DNA of 64,000 nt from Camelus dromedarius (taxonomy: Eukaryota). This document shows positions 37,157 through 51,289 of the stretch, one piece after another. The translations under genes were made by a program, and so were the position numbers. How positions within the stretch are numbered: the stretch's first letter is position 1; each line of letters starts with the position of its first letter. The DNA is taken from contig NC_087436.1 in the NCBI RefSeq assembly GCF_036321535.1, forward strand, positions 57,228,001 to 57,292,000, given 5' to 3'. The notes beneath the pieces were generated by a model, which was not told the origin of the DNA, did not search any database, and saw nothing but the letters and a program-made list of their open reading frames with translations.

Positions 37157-39479
37157 TGCAGGCTGTCCAAGGACTGTGAGAGTGGTACAGAAGTTTATTT
37201 CTAAAAACTTTCAGCCCAAAGAATTAAGCCAATCCAAAGATTTCACTCCTCTTTCAAGCCCCAGGAGACGGACACTTGGGGTTTTCCATCGATGGTTAGA
37301 GCTGAGGCCAACCATTCTCAGAGCTATTTGCTCTTCTCTTTGGCCATCAATAATTTCATAGAAATAAATTTCAGTGACTATGAAAAAAGGCTCAGGAGTA
37401 TTTCTTCCCAGCAAAGTAGGGAAATTGGAGATAATTCTCAGAGCCTCAGTGCTTTTTTCCCCCTAATAATTAGTAAAGCCATGTTCTTACCTTATACCAC
37501 CTTCTTCCCTGAGTTGTTAACTTCTGCTGGTGCTTTCAGTTCTCCAGCGCAAGAGGTCTGGAGATGATTGCTCAGTTTTTAAGGTTTGGTCTGTTGGGTA
37601 ATATAAATATAAGCAGTGTGTACTGATTTGGAATCATTTAGAAAATTCCAGTGTCAATATTTGCTAGAAAAGACAGCTGAGAAGGCATGTTGAGGAGTCA
37701 GGAGAAAGTGAACAGAGGCGGTGAGAGCAATGAGGAAAATCCAGCTAGGTCTGAGTATCTTTTAACAAGATAAAAAATGTCCAATTCACCTTCGGTTTGG
37801 TAGGGATGATATCTTCTAGCTGTCTGCAGCATTTGGGATTGACAACAACAGTTGTGATAAATCAGAATAGGAATAGTTCCATGTTACTGTCTGGCCCTTC
37901 AGTAGAATCAGCTTTGACATCATAGGCTTATCAGAACCTTCCTAGATGTGTACATGTCACAGATCAGTAAACAATTTTAAATTTAAAAAAAAAATGAGGA
38001 GGAGTACTGACATGGGTTTGCAAAATACTTTCTGTTAAGTAAGGACATAAAAAAAGTCAGCCACCATTTATCACCATAATCATTTAACTCTCCTAGAATA
38101 AGAATGGCAAAACCTTAGAGGCAAGTAAGGTCTTCCCCCAGAAAAGAAAGCTTGGCATTTTATAAATCTCTCTCTCTCTTTTTCTCTCTCCTTTGCTCTT
38201 AATATTATTTTCTCTTTTCTCTACAGACTGGTTAATCTTTGCCACAGACTGGCCCTAGTCCACAAATAAGCATTTGAGATTTTCCAGCCCACCTTATAGA
38301 AAGCAAGAACTTAAGATATTCTAGAAAGATGTAAGTCTGTTTCACTCTTTAAAACCTTTATGATGGGTATTTTTTTAAAAAATGTAATACTATTCTCACT
38401 GTGGAGATTTTTTTTTGAAAAACATATTCCACATGCTGCCTGCTTTAATACACATTAATTTATTTTACTTTTATAATCTCATAGTAGAAGACTAAAACTT
38501 TTCTACACTTTTATTGCCAGAGGCCAAATAACTTATATTCCTATGTTCCTTGAATAATTATTTTATTGATAAAATTTGCAAATCTTTATTGTGACAGGAA
38601 TGGAGCCAGAACACTTGGTGATCTTCTTGTCCTAAGAAGATCAATGTTCCATGCTAGTGGAACATTAGACACAAGAGGTTTCCATGGCCATTTTTGTAGA
38701 TTTCAGATGTCAATAACATGACCCATTAGGTGAACCACAAGAATAAAGCATAGATGAACATCAACAGCCATCATTCAAACCGAGTCATTTACAGTTCCTG
38801 TCTACAACACACCTATCACTCCAGGTGAAATTCTGCTGCCCTGTGAAGTGCCCTAACTTGAGTAGACTTTCAGTGACCTATCTGTAAGCACACAGCTACT
38901 TGAAAAGTTGAGTCTTCTATTTATGTGTTACTGCTTACTGCAGGGAAGTATAATAAAGCAAGACAGCGTAGATAAAAATTGCAGACATAAAAGAGGAAAT
39001 ATGAATAGCAAATGATCAGATTAAGTAATAGGAGTATGAAAGTGAAAGGATAAGACAGAACCAAAAATCAAATGAATTGTTTATATCTAGGAAACTTCCT
39101 GTGAGCCCTGATAATTTCTTTCATGGAGTTAAAACACAGCAAGTTAAAATTCTTTCACTTATAGGTCTTGGAAAATAATGAACTGGGTTTGTTGGGAAAA
39201 AAATGTGAGCCCCAGGAAGCTTGAATCTTTGAATGCACAGTTGGCCGGTGGGCTCATGATAGATCCAAGGTTCACAGAAAGATGATGAGTACAGGCAGTT
39301 CTAAGAGCTTCTGGCAATCCACAAGGACATTGTTTCTGCTCTGCATGGTATCTTCAAGTCATGGTTGAGAAATATTAAGGTGATAGGTACATCTTAGTGC
39401 ACTTTTGTAAGGCAGTTTTGGTAAGGAATTTATTGTTTCCTTGAAATACAATTGGTTCTACTATATAATAGGAATATAA

Positions 39480-39670
39480 ATGAGAACTATACCATGGGAA
39501 GATGGGAAAACCAGATAAAGAGTCAGGAAACCTGGGTTCTGATCTTAACCTTGCTAAAACCGAGCCCTGTATTGCAGTGGGGAAACTACAGCTATCTCTA
39601 GACTTTTGTCCTCCTTTGTAAAATAAAAATTTTAATTTGGTCTTTATAGTCTCTTTCAGTTCTGAAGTGT
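39480..39670 (+). mobile_element. MIR/MIR3 SINE
   Basis: AGAGTCAGGAAACCTGGGTTCTGATCTTAACCTTGC...TCTCTTTCAGTTCTGAAG. Confidence 0.6.
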
Positions 39671-39687
39671 TATAATGCATGATGTAT

Positions 39688-40285
39688 TTTTTTAATTGAA
39701 GTTTAGTTGATTTACAATGTTATGTCAGTTTCTGGTGTTCGACATAATGATTCAGTCATACATACACATACATTCTTTTTCATTATGGATTACTACAAGT
39801 TATAAGATATTGAATGTAGTTTCATTATAGGTCATTACAAGATATTGAATGTGCTATACATTAGGACCATGTTGTTTATCTATTTTATATACAGTGGTTT
39901 ATATCTGCCAATCCCAAACTCCTAATTTATTCCTCCCCCCACCTTTTTCCCCTTTGGTAACCATAAGTTTATTTTCTATGTCTGTGAGTCTCTTTTTATC
40001 TCGTAAATAGGTTCATTTGTATCATTTTATTAAGATTCCACATATAACTGATATCATGTGATGTTTGTCTTTCTCTGTATGACTTTCTTCACTTACTTTA
40101 ATAATTTCTAGATGCATCCATGTTGCTACAAATGGCATTATTTCATTCTTTTTTATGGCTGAATGATATCCATATATACATATATATACACCACAACTTT
40201 ATCCATTCATCTTTGGTGGGCATTTAGGTTGCTTCCATGTCTTGGCTATTGTAAATAGAACTGCTGTGAACATTGGGGTGCATGT
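39688..40285 (-). mobile_element. L1 3' end (artiodactyl/camelid type)
   Basis: TTTTAATTGAAGTTTAGTTGATTTACAATGTT 3' UTR. TSD ATGCATGATGTAT (39675-39687) / ATGTATGATGTAT (40286-40298). Confidence 0.88.
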
Positions 40286-40609
40286 ATGTATGATGTATGT
40301 CCTAGCTCCTGAAGAGGCATTTTGTATAAACACTAATTTGTTGCAGTATTCTTACCTCTTCATGAAGATTTTCAAGCTAAAATCAATATACAACTCTGTC
40401 CAGTGTTAAAACATTCTAAGGAGTAGATGAAAGTGATTTGGAAGAAACTGTTATGCTGCCTCATACAGATATAACAAAATAAAGACACCACCTCGTATAG
40501 TTACACCAAAATAGAAATAAGAATTAGTATGATTAACCAGAATGAAACAGATTACATCTGTCATTTCTATGGATAAAGTTGATAGAAAGTGATTTCTCTT
40601 TCAATATCT

Positions 40610-41055
40610 CCATTGGTCATGCATCTGCAAACCCCATCATCAATTTTCTTCCTGTCTCTGCTCAGATCTGTGCCCTGGGCCAGTGAAAAGGGAGGTTCTG
40701 ATCCTTGTAGACAGCAACACTAAGTTTATTCTGGCTTCTGAAGGGGTTTGGTTACTGGAGGCACAGCAGGAGAAAAGTGGGCAGGAGGAGAAAGAGGTCA
40801 GGGTATTTCTTCCCTCCTTTCTGGGTTTAGCTCTGTGGCCACGTGCCTCTCACATGGCTGAGCTCTCACTTGGTCACTTACTTCCACTTGACCGGTAGCC
40901 GTACAGTGGTATGGGCTCCTGCTGTTGCTAGTCCCTGGCGGACTCACCAACTCTTACTGGTTCCCTTAATCCAACCCACAGTTCTAAAAATAGCACCTTC
41001 CTTCATTCAGTTTTCTTCACAATCCCAATGAAGATGTCTCCTGTTGACTAGTACA
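40610..41055. mobile_element. LTR33-like ERVL solo LTR
   Basis: CTGTGCCCTGGG...GAGGTTCTGATCCTTGTAGACAGCA...CTGGCTTCTG...GAGGTCAGGGTATTTCTTCCC motifs. Confidence 0.6.
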
Positions 41056-43114
41056 CTATCTTTCAAGTGTTTTAAATGTCTTCCTGTTATAGATTTAGCA
41101 AAAGCACATTTGTCCCCTAAAAGGTGTACTTTGATTTTTAAAGTGATGTTTAATTTTTAATAGTCCCTGTGAATTCTTAAAAATAAAAATATTACCTAAA
41201 AGGAAACAGATTTCTTTGTTGTGGCAGTAAGCTTTTTATTTAATTTTGTCACTAACTGAGACAGCATGCTCACAGCCAATACTCAAAGAGTTGAGGATGA
41301 AACAGTCTCCATTATGCCTTTTTCTTTCTCTTAGACATTCCTTCTCACCCTACTGAAAAATAAGTCAATCCCTCTGCACCCCACCCAACCCAAAAAGGAA
41401 AAAGAAACCTACCCAAATCTTTTTGGATACATTAATTCTTATCAGTGCCACTGTATACCTGAGAGAGCAACAATTTCTATTTTGTGATCTTTTTTTTTCA
41501 GACTCCTTAACATTTATGTGGCAATCACTGGTATAAGATTGACTTTCCAGTGTTACCACACAACACATCATAAGGCATCCACAAAAGACTAAAGATACCA
41601 GAATAAGCCAGCTGATAACTGAGCTTTGATATACTGAGCTGCCATCATCTCCCTTTTCACTTAACGAATTCTTTGAAAGGAAGTTGGAAATAAAAGGCAA
41701 GGAGCAAAATGCCCAGTTGCCCAACAGACATTTCTTTAGACTAAAGATCACCTGACACATTTGTTTCTCCTTCTTTTTTTCTTGTTAACTGTGTCTGATC
41801 CTGCCATACAGGTGCTGCTTGATGCATTTTACCTGTGCTGCTCCTCCTTTTTCGTCAACCATTAACTTTTCCTGGATTCAGAATATTTTCGAAAAGATTT
41901 TATCAAAGAACTGCAGCCTAGGTTGAGTCTTAGAATCCCCAATCATAGAACAAAACTTAAAGACAATTACAGTTTATAAAGTCTTTATTAAAGTTATAGC
42001 ATTGCTGCATTTGGCATGGACTATTAAATGTAGCAAGGAAACTGATTTACTTTTGATGGACAAATTTTGGTCATGTGTACATAATCCAAACTGTGGAACT
42101 TGCTATGGGGATAACAGCACATCTCAAAAATCAATGAAATCAATGCCCGTGGTATACTGTCTGAGTTTTTTCCCTCCCCCATCCCTCTTCTTTTTCTTTT
42201 TCCTTTTTTAAGGGTTAAACTGGGTGGTTTTCAGAGTTTTACAAGAGAACTATTAGTGAAAAACAATCTGCTACATTCAACTTACTAAGGCCCTACTCTT
42301 TCCCTCTAATCTTTCAGCAGGACCCAAGGGAGGCTAAAGTTTAGATCAGTCTATTCTCCACAAAAACTTTGATTCACTATTAAATTCCATCTAATGAAGA
42401 TGACTTTGCCATCCCACAGCCATCAGCAGGCTATGTGTGGGACAATGCAAAACCCACCTTGTATAGAGGAACATTGTTCTTTCTTCTTAGTTACACCAGT
42501 TGAATAGAATCTCCTGGAAATTCACATGCACAAGAGACCTGTGAAATCAGTAACAGTATTAATCTCTAGGGTGCCTTACCGAATCAAGTTAAGGAAATAA
42601 CTATTTTGCTTAAGTACACATTTGTTCATGTCTTACAGCTTGTCATGTTTATGATAAGAGCAAACAGCTGAAACAGAGAAAGAGCAGGAGCGAGGGGAGG
42701 GGGAAGAGAAAGGGATTTTTCTCAATGATGAAAGTTAAGGTTATAACATAAATTATAATGCAACTAATTGCATAGTATGCGCTAATTACATTGAACCTAA
42801 TTTTCCTATACTTCTTGCCTTGCAGATACTTTTAAAAAGGGAATTTGCAAGTTTGAGAATTCTGAAATTTGTTTTAGTGCTTAAAGAATTTCTGATATAT
42901 CAGTCATACAAACTAGAAAAGTCAAAAATAATGAAGTAAACTCTGATTCTGAAATTAAGCTATGATTTAATAAAATCATGTAATTACAGTGTTTATTTGC
43001 TTCCTGTTTACATCACACAATACATTAAAAATTAGGCAAAATTAGGCAAATGCAGCCTTATGATGGTTAATAATGATTCAAGCCTAGTGCCAGAGACAAT
43101 GATTTGTGTTGTTA

Positions 43115-43360
43115 GGAGGCAGTAGAGCACAATGGGTATATGCATGGGCTCTTACAATTCACCATATACTACTGTGTAACACATACAAATTACTTAACTT
43201 CCTGGGCCTCAGTTGCCTCATCTGTAAAGTGGGAATTACTCTTCTGTAAAACTACTGCTGAAGCTGTACGTTGATGTGAAAATTTACTGAGATAATACCT
43301 TTGAGGCATTTAGAAGAGTAACTGTAACAATAAGTAATAAATGTTACTATTATGAATATT
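43115..43360 (+). mobile_element. MIR SINE
   Basis: GAGGCAGTAGAGCACAATGG...TTACTTAACTTCCTGGGCCTCAGTTGCCTCATCTGTAAAGTGGG. Confidence 0.75.
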
Positions 43361-43539
43361 TTAATCATCAGATACCATGCATGCTTTCTGATGGGGAAAA
43401 ATAACTGCAAATTGATGGAGTATAAATATTTAAAATATTAGAGCTAAATAATGGTTTAAAAATATAACATAATTCATATACGTTATTTAATATGCAGCAA
43501 ATGTTACTTCTTTTTTTTTTTTCTTTCTATTAAATTTCT

Positions 43540-45400
43540 TAGAAAAGCAGGTGATCCCACTCTCGTTGTGCTGGAGTAGTTCCTGTTAGATCTGCCCTCC
43601 CATTGAGACTAATTGTAAGCCATGGAAAAGAATATTTAAAAAGGCAATTACCAGAGGCACTATAGAGTAAATAAAGCAGGCAAAATCCAGAGGGGACATG
43701 ATTTCTGGAAGAACGGAACAGCCTTTATGAGTTTCTGGTTTTTGTGGCTTTTTGCCTAAGTGCAGGCCCACTCTGTGACATAAGGAGCACCTAAAACTTG
43801 GATAGAAATCTGTAGTCTTAATGGTTTGAAGACTTAGGGGACAGAGTTTGAGGCTGCCATAGCAACTGGGAAATAAGGAAATGTACTGGGTTGAATAGTG
43901 TCCCCTCAACATTCATATCCACCCAGAATCTGTGAATGTGACTTTATTTGGAAATAGAAACTTTGCAGATGTAATTAGGATAAGGTCATATTGAGTTAGA
44001 GTGGGTCCTAATCCAATCACAGTGTCTTTATAAGAAGAGAGAAATGTTAACACAGACACACATAGAGGGAAAATGACCTTGTGAAGATGGAGGCAGAGAT
44101 TGGAATATGCCACAATAAGCCAAGCAATGCCAATTATTGCTGGCAACCAACAGACCCTATGAGAGAGGCATAGAACAGATCCTTCCTTAAAGCCTCCTTG
44201 AGATACTAACCTTGCCAAAACTTTGATTTTGGACTTCCAGCCTCCTGGACTATAGGAGAATAAATTCTTGTCTTAAGCCACCCAGTTTGTGATACTTTGT
44301 TATGACAGCTCTAGGAAACTCATACAAGGAAGAAACATAGGAAAGGAGAAAATGAACGTAGGTTACCCCAGATTCTGACGATGAAATCTGCTATTCTCTC
44401 TGGCCCCTGAATTGCACATGTATGGAGTAACTAAGGCTAAATTGAACAGGCTTTCAGTTGCTTCACTCTACAGGGATTCAGAGTTCGGAGTTTGAGTTCA
44501 GGTAAATAAACTGCCTGCTGAAACAACAACATCAAAAAACACAAAAATCACAATACTTTTGGAAGACTGTAAGAAAATCCAGAATCTTTACGCTATATCA
44601 CTCCAAAGATACAATATTATTCACATAATATAATTCCAAGTTACTAGACAAATGAAGAAACAGAAAAATGCAACCCTTACTCAAGAGAAAATGTAATCAA
44701 TAAAGACTGATTCTGAGATGACCCAGATGTTGGAATTATCAGATAAGGATTTTAAAGCAAATGTTTAAGGACATAAAGGAAAATGTGACCACAAAGAGCC
44801 AATAAATAGAACATCTCAGCCTAAAGAAAGAAAACTATGAAAAAGAACCATTAGGAAATTATAGAACTGAAATGTGAAATGTCTAAAATTTTAAAATACT
44901 GGATGTTTAATAGAAGATTGAAAATGACAAAGAAATCATCAGTGAACTTGAAGATAGATGAACAAAAATTATTCAATCTGAAGAACAGAAAAAAATAAAG
45001 ATTAAAAAAAATGAACAGAGCATCAGTACCTATGGAACAATAGCAAAAAATTTCACATATGGTTAGCTAGAGTGGAAAATATATGATAAATAATAGCTCA
45101 AAAGATCTTAATATTTGATTTAAGAATCTCACTGCAGGAAAACACAGAAAACCACCCTAGGTACATCTTGTTGAAAAATAAAGGTAAAGAGAAAATTTTA
45201 CTGGAGAAAAATGACACATCACATATGGGGGAACAAGAATACAAATGACTTAATGTCAAAAACAGTGATTTCCAGAAAACAGTGGAATAACATTTTAAGA
45301 CACTGAAAGAAAACTGTCCAGCGAGCATCTATATTTAGTGAAAATATCGGATATTTAGAAAATCCCTCAAAATTTGGAATGTAAATTATATACTTCTTTT
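43540..45400 (+). mobile_element. Ancient L1 5' region/ORF1 remnant (L1MC/ME-type), interrupted by an MLT1 LTR
   Basis: GAGATGACCCAGATGTTGGAATTATCAGATAAGGATTTTAAAGCA...CAGTGAACTTGAAGATAGAT...CAATCTGAAGAACAG ORF1-like text. Confidence 0.7.
43882..44326 (+). mobile_element. MLT1 (MaLR) solo LTR, MLT1C-like
   Basis: TG...CA termini. TGTACTGGGTTGAATAGTGTCCCC start, GAAGATGGAGGCAGAGATTGGA, AATAAA, and AAGCCACCCAGTTTGTGATACTTTGTTATGACAGC...ATACA end. Confidence 0.9.
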
Positions 45401-46449
45401 TTTTTAACACAGCAGAGAAAAGTATCAAGATCAACAACTTACCTAAAGTTAGAGATTATTTTTATAGTTAATATGATGCCATTACTTTTGCTTATGAGCA
45501 CCAGGCACTATTTAAGTTCTTATGTGGCACTTAGGTATAAAGCAATTATGCATCTTATTCTTACCCAAATGATTTATAAATTTCTAAAATTTCTAAAAGG
45601 GACCAAGAAATTTTCCTTAAGTCAGCCATCTCTGGGAACATTCCATTCTACTTTGTAACACTCTTAAAAATCTCTCAGGTATTATCTGGACAGTCTCAAA
45701 TGATTTATTAAATTCTCACCTCTCTTAAATTGGCACTACCCACATTGACACTGGGACAGCCTTACATTTGTTTGGAAATTTGCACAAAACCATTGACACT
45801 CACCAAGGAGACAGCTATCTTAGCAGCATGGCTAAGTTGCATAGCCACATGGGACTCACAGTGATTACTTAGCAGCATCTGCTATAAATACACTAGATTT
45901 GAAAAGGAAATTATTTTGGTTATGGCATATTATATATATTTCCACTAGGAAAAGTCTAGCATCACAGAAATATTTGTATGACTTTTTCTTCTTCTTGTCA
46001 TTGAATGAGAAGAAAAAAATTAAAATGCTTCATGTTTAAATGGATGGTTCTTAAGAAGTAATCATTTGAAAAATCAGTTTCATCATAAATTATATTTCCA
46101 CATGTGTGAACTGGGAACCACAAAAGAAACAGCAAGACAGTGACTTTTTGTTAGTATGCTATTCTTTGTCTTTAGAAGAAATACTGAACACATTTTTATT
46201 TCCTGTTGGAAACACAGTTAAGTTGTAGTTACATCTGCTAGTCAAGAACAGCAAAACATCTGTCTTCTAAAGTAAAAAAAAAAAAAAAAAAACCCACTAA
46301 TCTTTCCAAAAGTACTCTCCTAAGCTTCTATTTTATTATGTCAAGAATGCCTATATATGTTTCATAAGCGCTTTTTATCCATTATATCAATTCCAAGTTT
46401 TCTTTAATGGAAAGACAAGCTTTTAGCACCTTTTCATAGTATGAAAGAA

Positions 46450-47105
46450 AATTTTTTTCTTTATTTTTTTATTTTTAATTTGATGACAAAAATTTTAATA
46501 TCTTTTATTTTTAAACATTTATTTAAACAAAAAAACCCACAGTTCACTCATTTCTCACACTCCTAATGCCCTGTCTCTGGCAAGCACCAATCTGTTCTCT
46601 GATTCTATGAGCATACACACACACACACACACACACACATACACACACACATATGTATGTGTATATACATATACATACATCTCCACATATAACTCTCTGA
46701 GTTATTTCGCTTGGTTTGATGCCCTTGAGGTCCATCCATATTTTCGCAAATGGCAAATTTTCCTTCTTTTTAATGGCTGAATAGTATTTTATTGTATACG
46801 TATACTACAGTTTTTAAATTTATTCATTCATTGATGGACACTTAGATTGCTTCCATGTCTTGATTATTGTAAATAATACTGCAGTGAACATAGGGGTGCA
46901 TGTATCTTTTTAAGTTAGTGTTTTCTTTTTCTTTGGATATGTACCCAGAAATGGAATTGCTGGATCATATGATACTTCAATTTTAAATTTTTTGAGGAAC
47001 CTCCATACAGTTTGCCATATTAGCTACACAAATTTACATTCCCACCAGCAATGCACAAGTGTTCCCTTTTCTCCATGTCTAGTCTTTTTGATAGATAGCC
47101 ATGGG
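46450..47105 (-). mobile_element. L1MA9-like 3' end with an internal (CA)n run
   Basis: ORF 46544-46756 MPFAKIWMDLKGIKPSEITQ is the ORF2 C-terminus. (CA)n at about 46615-46650. Confidence 0.8.
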
Positions 47106-47109
47106 TGAA

Positions 47110-48320
47110 GGAAGAACTCACTAGTGAATTTAGAACACATTTTAAACTAATAATGAAAAGCCAGAATTCTAAAAATTGTACAATGCAGCTAAAGCAGTGC
47201 TTAGAGGGAAATTTATAACTTTAAAATGCTTGTATGAGAAAAGAAGAATGGTAATAACATCAAAGGGAAGTAGAGAGATAATTTAAAAATTTAACAAAGT
47301 TAATAGTTGTTTTAAAAGATCAACAAAATTGGTAAATTCCTAGCTAGAGGGATCAAGAAATGGAGACAGGGGACATAAATTATTTATATATCAGGAATAA
47401 AGAGGGACTATCACTGTAAATCTTACAGACATTAAAAGGATAATAGGAGAATATATGGACAACTTTATGCCAGTGTATCTAACAACTTAGATGAAACTGA
47501 TAAATTCTTTGAAAAATACAACTTACCCAAACTGACACCAGATAAAACAGAAACTCTAAAGCCCTATATTGTTATAAATTTATCAATAGATTAGAAAAAT
47601 CACATTTTTCCTTCTTTTATTTTTTGCCTGATTTTTTTTTTTTTACAGAGTGTTTTAATGTATTTTGTGTGTGCCGTGGATGTCTTTTATTTTAGTCTAT
47701 TTGGGCTGCTATAACAAAATACTGTTCTCTACCAGCTGTTCTCTACCTTCACCATGTAATCAGAGTTAATATCATCCGTATTGGAACAAGTTGATTCCAT
47801 GTGTCTCCTGATATGAGACACTGAGAAGATCACAGTATTACTACTGTGGTATTCTTACTAACAAAGAATAATCTGAATTTAATCATGGGGAAACATCAGA
47901 TAGATTCCAATTGAGCAACATTCTAAGAAATAACTAGCCAGCATTCTAAAAAGATTAAGGTCGTGAAAGACAAAGGCAGACTGAAGAACTGTTCCAGATT
48001 ACAGGAGAGTAAAGTTACATGACAACTAAATGCATCATGTGATGGTAGATTAGATCCTGAACCAGAAAAAGGGGGTTGTGGGTAAATTGGCTAAATTTGA
48101 ATAAGGTCTATAAATTAGATAATAGTATTGCCTAATGTTGAGGTTAATTCTAATGTTAATTTCTTGATTTTGATGACAGTGCTGTGGTGTTATATAAGAT
48201 AACATTTGGGGAATATGTGTGGAAAGTGTATGGGAATTCTTTGTAGTATTTTTGCAACTCTTTTGTAAGTATAATATTATTTCAAAATGAAAGTTTAAAA
48301 AATTCTAAATTTAAAAATTA
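47110..48320 (+). mobile_element. Old L1 ORF2 fragment (47110-47580) and L1MC3/4-like 3' end (47740-48320)
   Basis: ATGCAGCTAAAGCAGTGCTTAGAGGGAAATTTATA; ATCTGAATTTAATCATGGGGAAACATCAGA...GAAAGACAAAGGCAGACTGAAGAACTGTTCCAGATT. Confidence 0.75.
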
Positions 48321-48699
48321 AAAGAAATTTAACAGAAAAGAAGCTCTTGCACTTGGCTTGCTCTCCTCAGCCAGTCTACAGTTATCATGGAATAGTTACT
48401 GTCTGTCAGTGATTATGCTAAGTTAGATATAGACACAGTCTCTGTGCTCTTGGAACTTGCATTCTGGTGGGGGAAGACATTTATTTGAAAAATACAAGAA
48501 TGCAAATAGAATTTTTTTACCACTAGAGTCTCTTTAGCATGGTCTAGGCTGCTGGGGCAGAATTTAAAAGCACCATAACTTTGATTCTAATGTTGTAAAT
48601 TTAAGTCTTAATACTATAACTTTAAATCCTAAATCCATCTACTAATTCATTCTATACTTTGCACTTTCCTATTCATCCTCCATTATTCACCTCCTTATC

Positions 48700-49110
48700 T
48701 TTGTGTGTGTGTGTGTGTGTGTGTGTTTTGAAGTATAGTCAGCTCAAAATTTCTGGTGTACAGCATAATGTTTCAGTCATACATTTACATACACATGTTC
48801 GCTTTCATATTCTTCATTATAGGTTACTACAAGATACCAAATATAGTTTCCCACTATACAGAAAAAAATCTACTTTTTATCTATTTTATATATAGTATTA
48901 TTTGCAAATTTTGAACTCCTAGTTTATCCCTTCCCACCCCCTTCTCCCAGTAACCGTAAGTTTATTTATTATGTCTGTGGGTCTGTTTCTGTTTTGTAGA
49001 TAAGTTCATTAGTGTCTTCTTCTTTTTTCTTTTTTTCTTTCTTTTTTTAAATTCCACATATGAGTGATACCATATGGTATTTTTCTTTCTCTTTCAGTCT
49101 TACTTCATAG
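48700..49110 (-). mobile_element. Camelid-type L1 3' end whose tail is a (TG)n microsatellite
   Basis: Antisense match to the 3' UTR of the L1 at 1290-1620 (CTGTTTCTGTTTTGTA, TTCCACATATGAG...CATATGGTATTTTTCTTTCTCTTTC). (TG)n at 48702-48726. Confidence 0.85.
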
Positions 49111-51289
49111 TACATTTTAAAAATTGATTAGCCAGTGGCCAGACTGTGTCTATTGTTCTTGATAGAAATTACTCTATCCTTATCTCTGAAGAGGGTACAT
49201 TGGCCAGTCACAACCTGAGACAAATCCCCTAATTAAACTACATTCAAATGGTAATATGTACTTGATTATATTTAATCATTATGATGACTTCAGTAAACAG
49301 TTTTCAGGATGAAGTTTTCAGTCTTCCTGGCTGGCTCAGGCTTTCTTTGATTAGTGGAAATTTTGGAACCGTCTATGACCATAAAACTTAATATACACCA
49401 GAGTCAATTCTATGGCCTTAACCTTAGGAGAAGACTCTATGACCCAGTGAGTTCAGTGAAATTGACAGAGTGTTTTATGGCACAGAGATGTGGAAAGCCA
49501 GTGAAACAAGGATAAAAATGTTGGGTTGACAATTCTATGTCTACTAGGGCCTCTCTGCCTTTGCTATCAGTTAGTACAATGGTTTTGGAGAAAATGCTCT
49601 GACAGTCAAAGTTCAAAGAACATAATGAAACATTTGCACTCATATTTAATTTTCTGGCCCAAGTAATAAATTACACTATAAATTTAGGACTTCTTCAACC
49701 TTAATGGATAAACTTTTTTTTTAAGCTTTGGATCAATTGTTTCTTGTGCAAAAAAGGTTAAAGACTGAAGTCCTATCATGTTTTCTTCCACCTTTCATTA
49801 AGCTTTCAAAATCCTTGTTATGAATAGTCTTTTTCTCTCTCTCGGGCCTTTTAATTTTTAATCACTTGTCTCAAATGCTGATCATATTTCTGAGAAATTA
49901 CTTTATGTAAAAGATGGAGCAAGATAGAGTTGCCACATACCTTTTTATCTTTTCTGTGAAATTATTTGGACCTAAATTTGTGGTGACAAGGTTGTTTCTA
50001 ATAGATTCTGTTGCCATGGAAGCAGGCTGTTGAAAAGAGCAAGACCCAAGGCCTCCAAGTCTTTGCATATTTATATCCATACTCACAAATATAAAAATCT
50101 TAGTTTAAGTGGAAAACTATATACAATGAAACTTGCTGACCGTGCAATATTTCAAAGACAAAAATTATAGAGGCTAATACAGCAGAGTTGAGCTAATCAT
50201 ATAAAATCAGAATTCTTTTATACAATAAATTGGTGAGCTGAAATAAAATTTTAAAAACATTTTTAGGCGCCAGAGAGAAGTTATCATTCAATATCTGAGA
50301 TGAAAAGGGGAAAAAAGGAAGGAAGAGGAAGGAAAGAAGGAAGGAAGGAAGAAAACATAGCCAACTGTTTACTCACTAAGCACACACACCAAGTAAGTGT
50401 ATGTGCTCCATGAAGATAAGATGTGTTTTCTTTCTCTATTCTCAATGCTTACCCAGTGCATTACACATAATAGATGCTCAATGAATATTTGTTGAGTGAG
50501 TGAAGACATGGGGTGGCAAATACTGATGTTGGTGCAAAGAAATTTGACTCACACTGGTGTGGAGAGTCCAAGAGAGAAGGTAGTAGCCCCTGGAGTATCA
50601 TATATATAGAAGCTGGGGGGTTACCTTTTGTTTTTATTTCTAATTGTACTAGATTTTGACTTTACTGAGACTTCCTTTTTTATGATTATGTTTGTTGTTT
50701 ATTTGTAAAATACAAAAATTAGAAATATTTTAATGTCTACAAAAAGCGATAGTTAATATATGCTTCCATGCATGCATCTATATGATGGTTTCAAAGAATA
50801 TTTCAAAGAATACTTAATGACAGGAAGCATCACTAAGAGAATTGCCAACTTAGAGTAGGATTCTAATTTAGAGGAGGGAATGCATTAATATTTATCTGTA
50901 CATTTTAGGAAGTTGTAATGGTTTGTAAGTGATTCATCACCTTTATACTTTATTTTCCAAATTTTCAACATTGAAAATTATTATTATTATTTAATCAAAA
51001 GGAAATAAATATTAAACTCAATTTTCTAAAACTAATGAAACATGATTTTAGTTGGTTTAAATTTTCTAGTCTAGCACATGGAAAATCTTTGCAGATGTTT
51101 CATGAGTGAAAAAAATACTATATGTACATTAGATTAAACTTAATAATTATCTTGTTAAAACCATCAATTTTTTTTAGTTCAGTTGATTTCTGAAGGAGTG
51201 CTATTTAAATCTCCCACCATAATTGTGGGATACTTAGTCACTTCCTTTATTCCTAAAATTTCTAAAGTAATGTGTATAGGAAATTCTGA

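Noticed and set aside
46450..47580. Adjacent opposite-strand L1 pieces suggesting a twin-priming inversion
   Set aside because: The + piece comes from a distant, more diverged part of ORF2 and fits the older fragmented + strand L1 (43540-48320). The - piece looks like a separate insertion.
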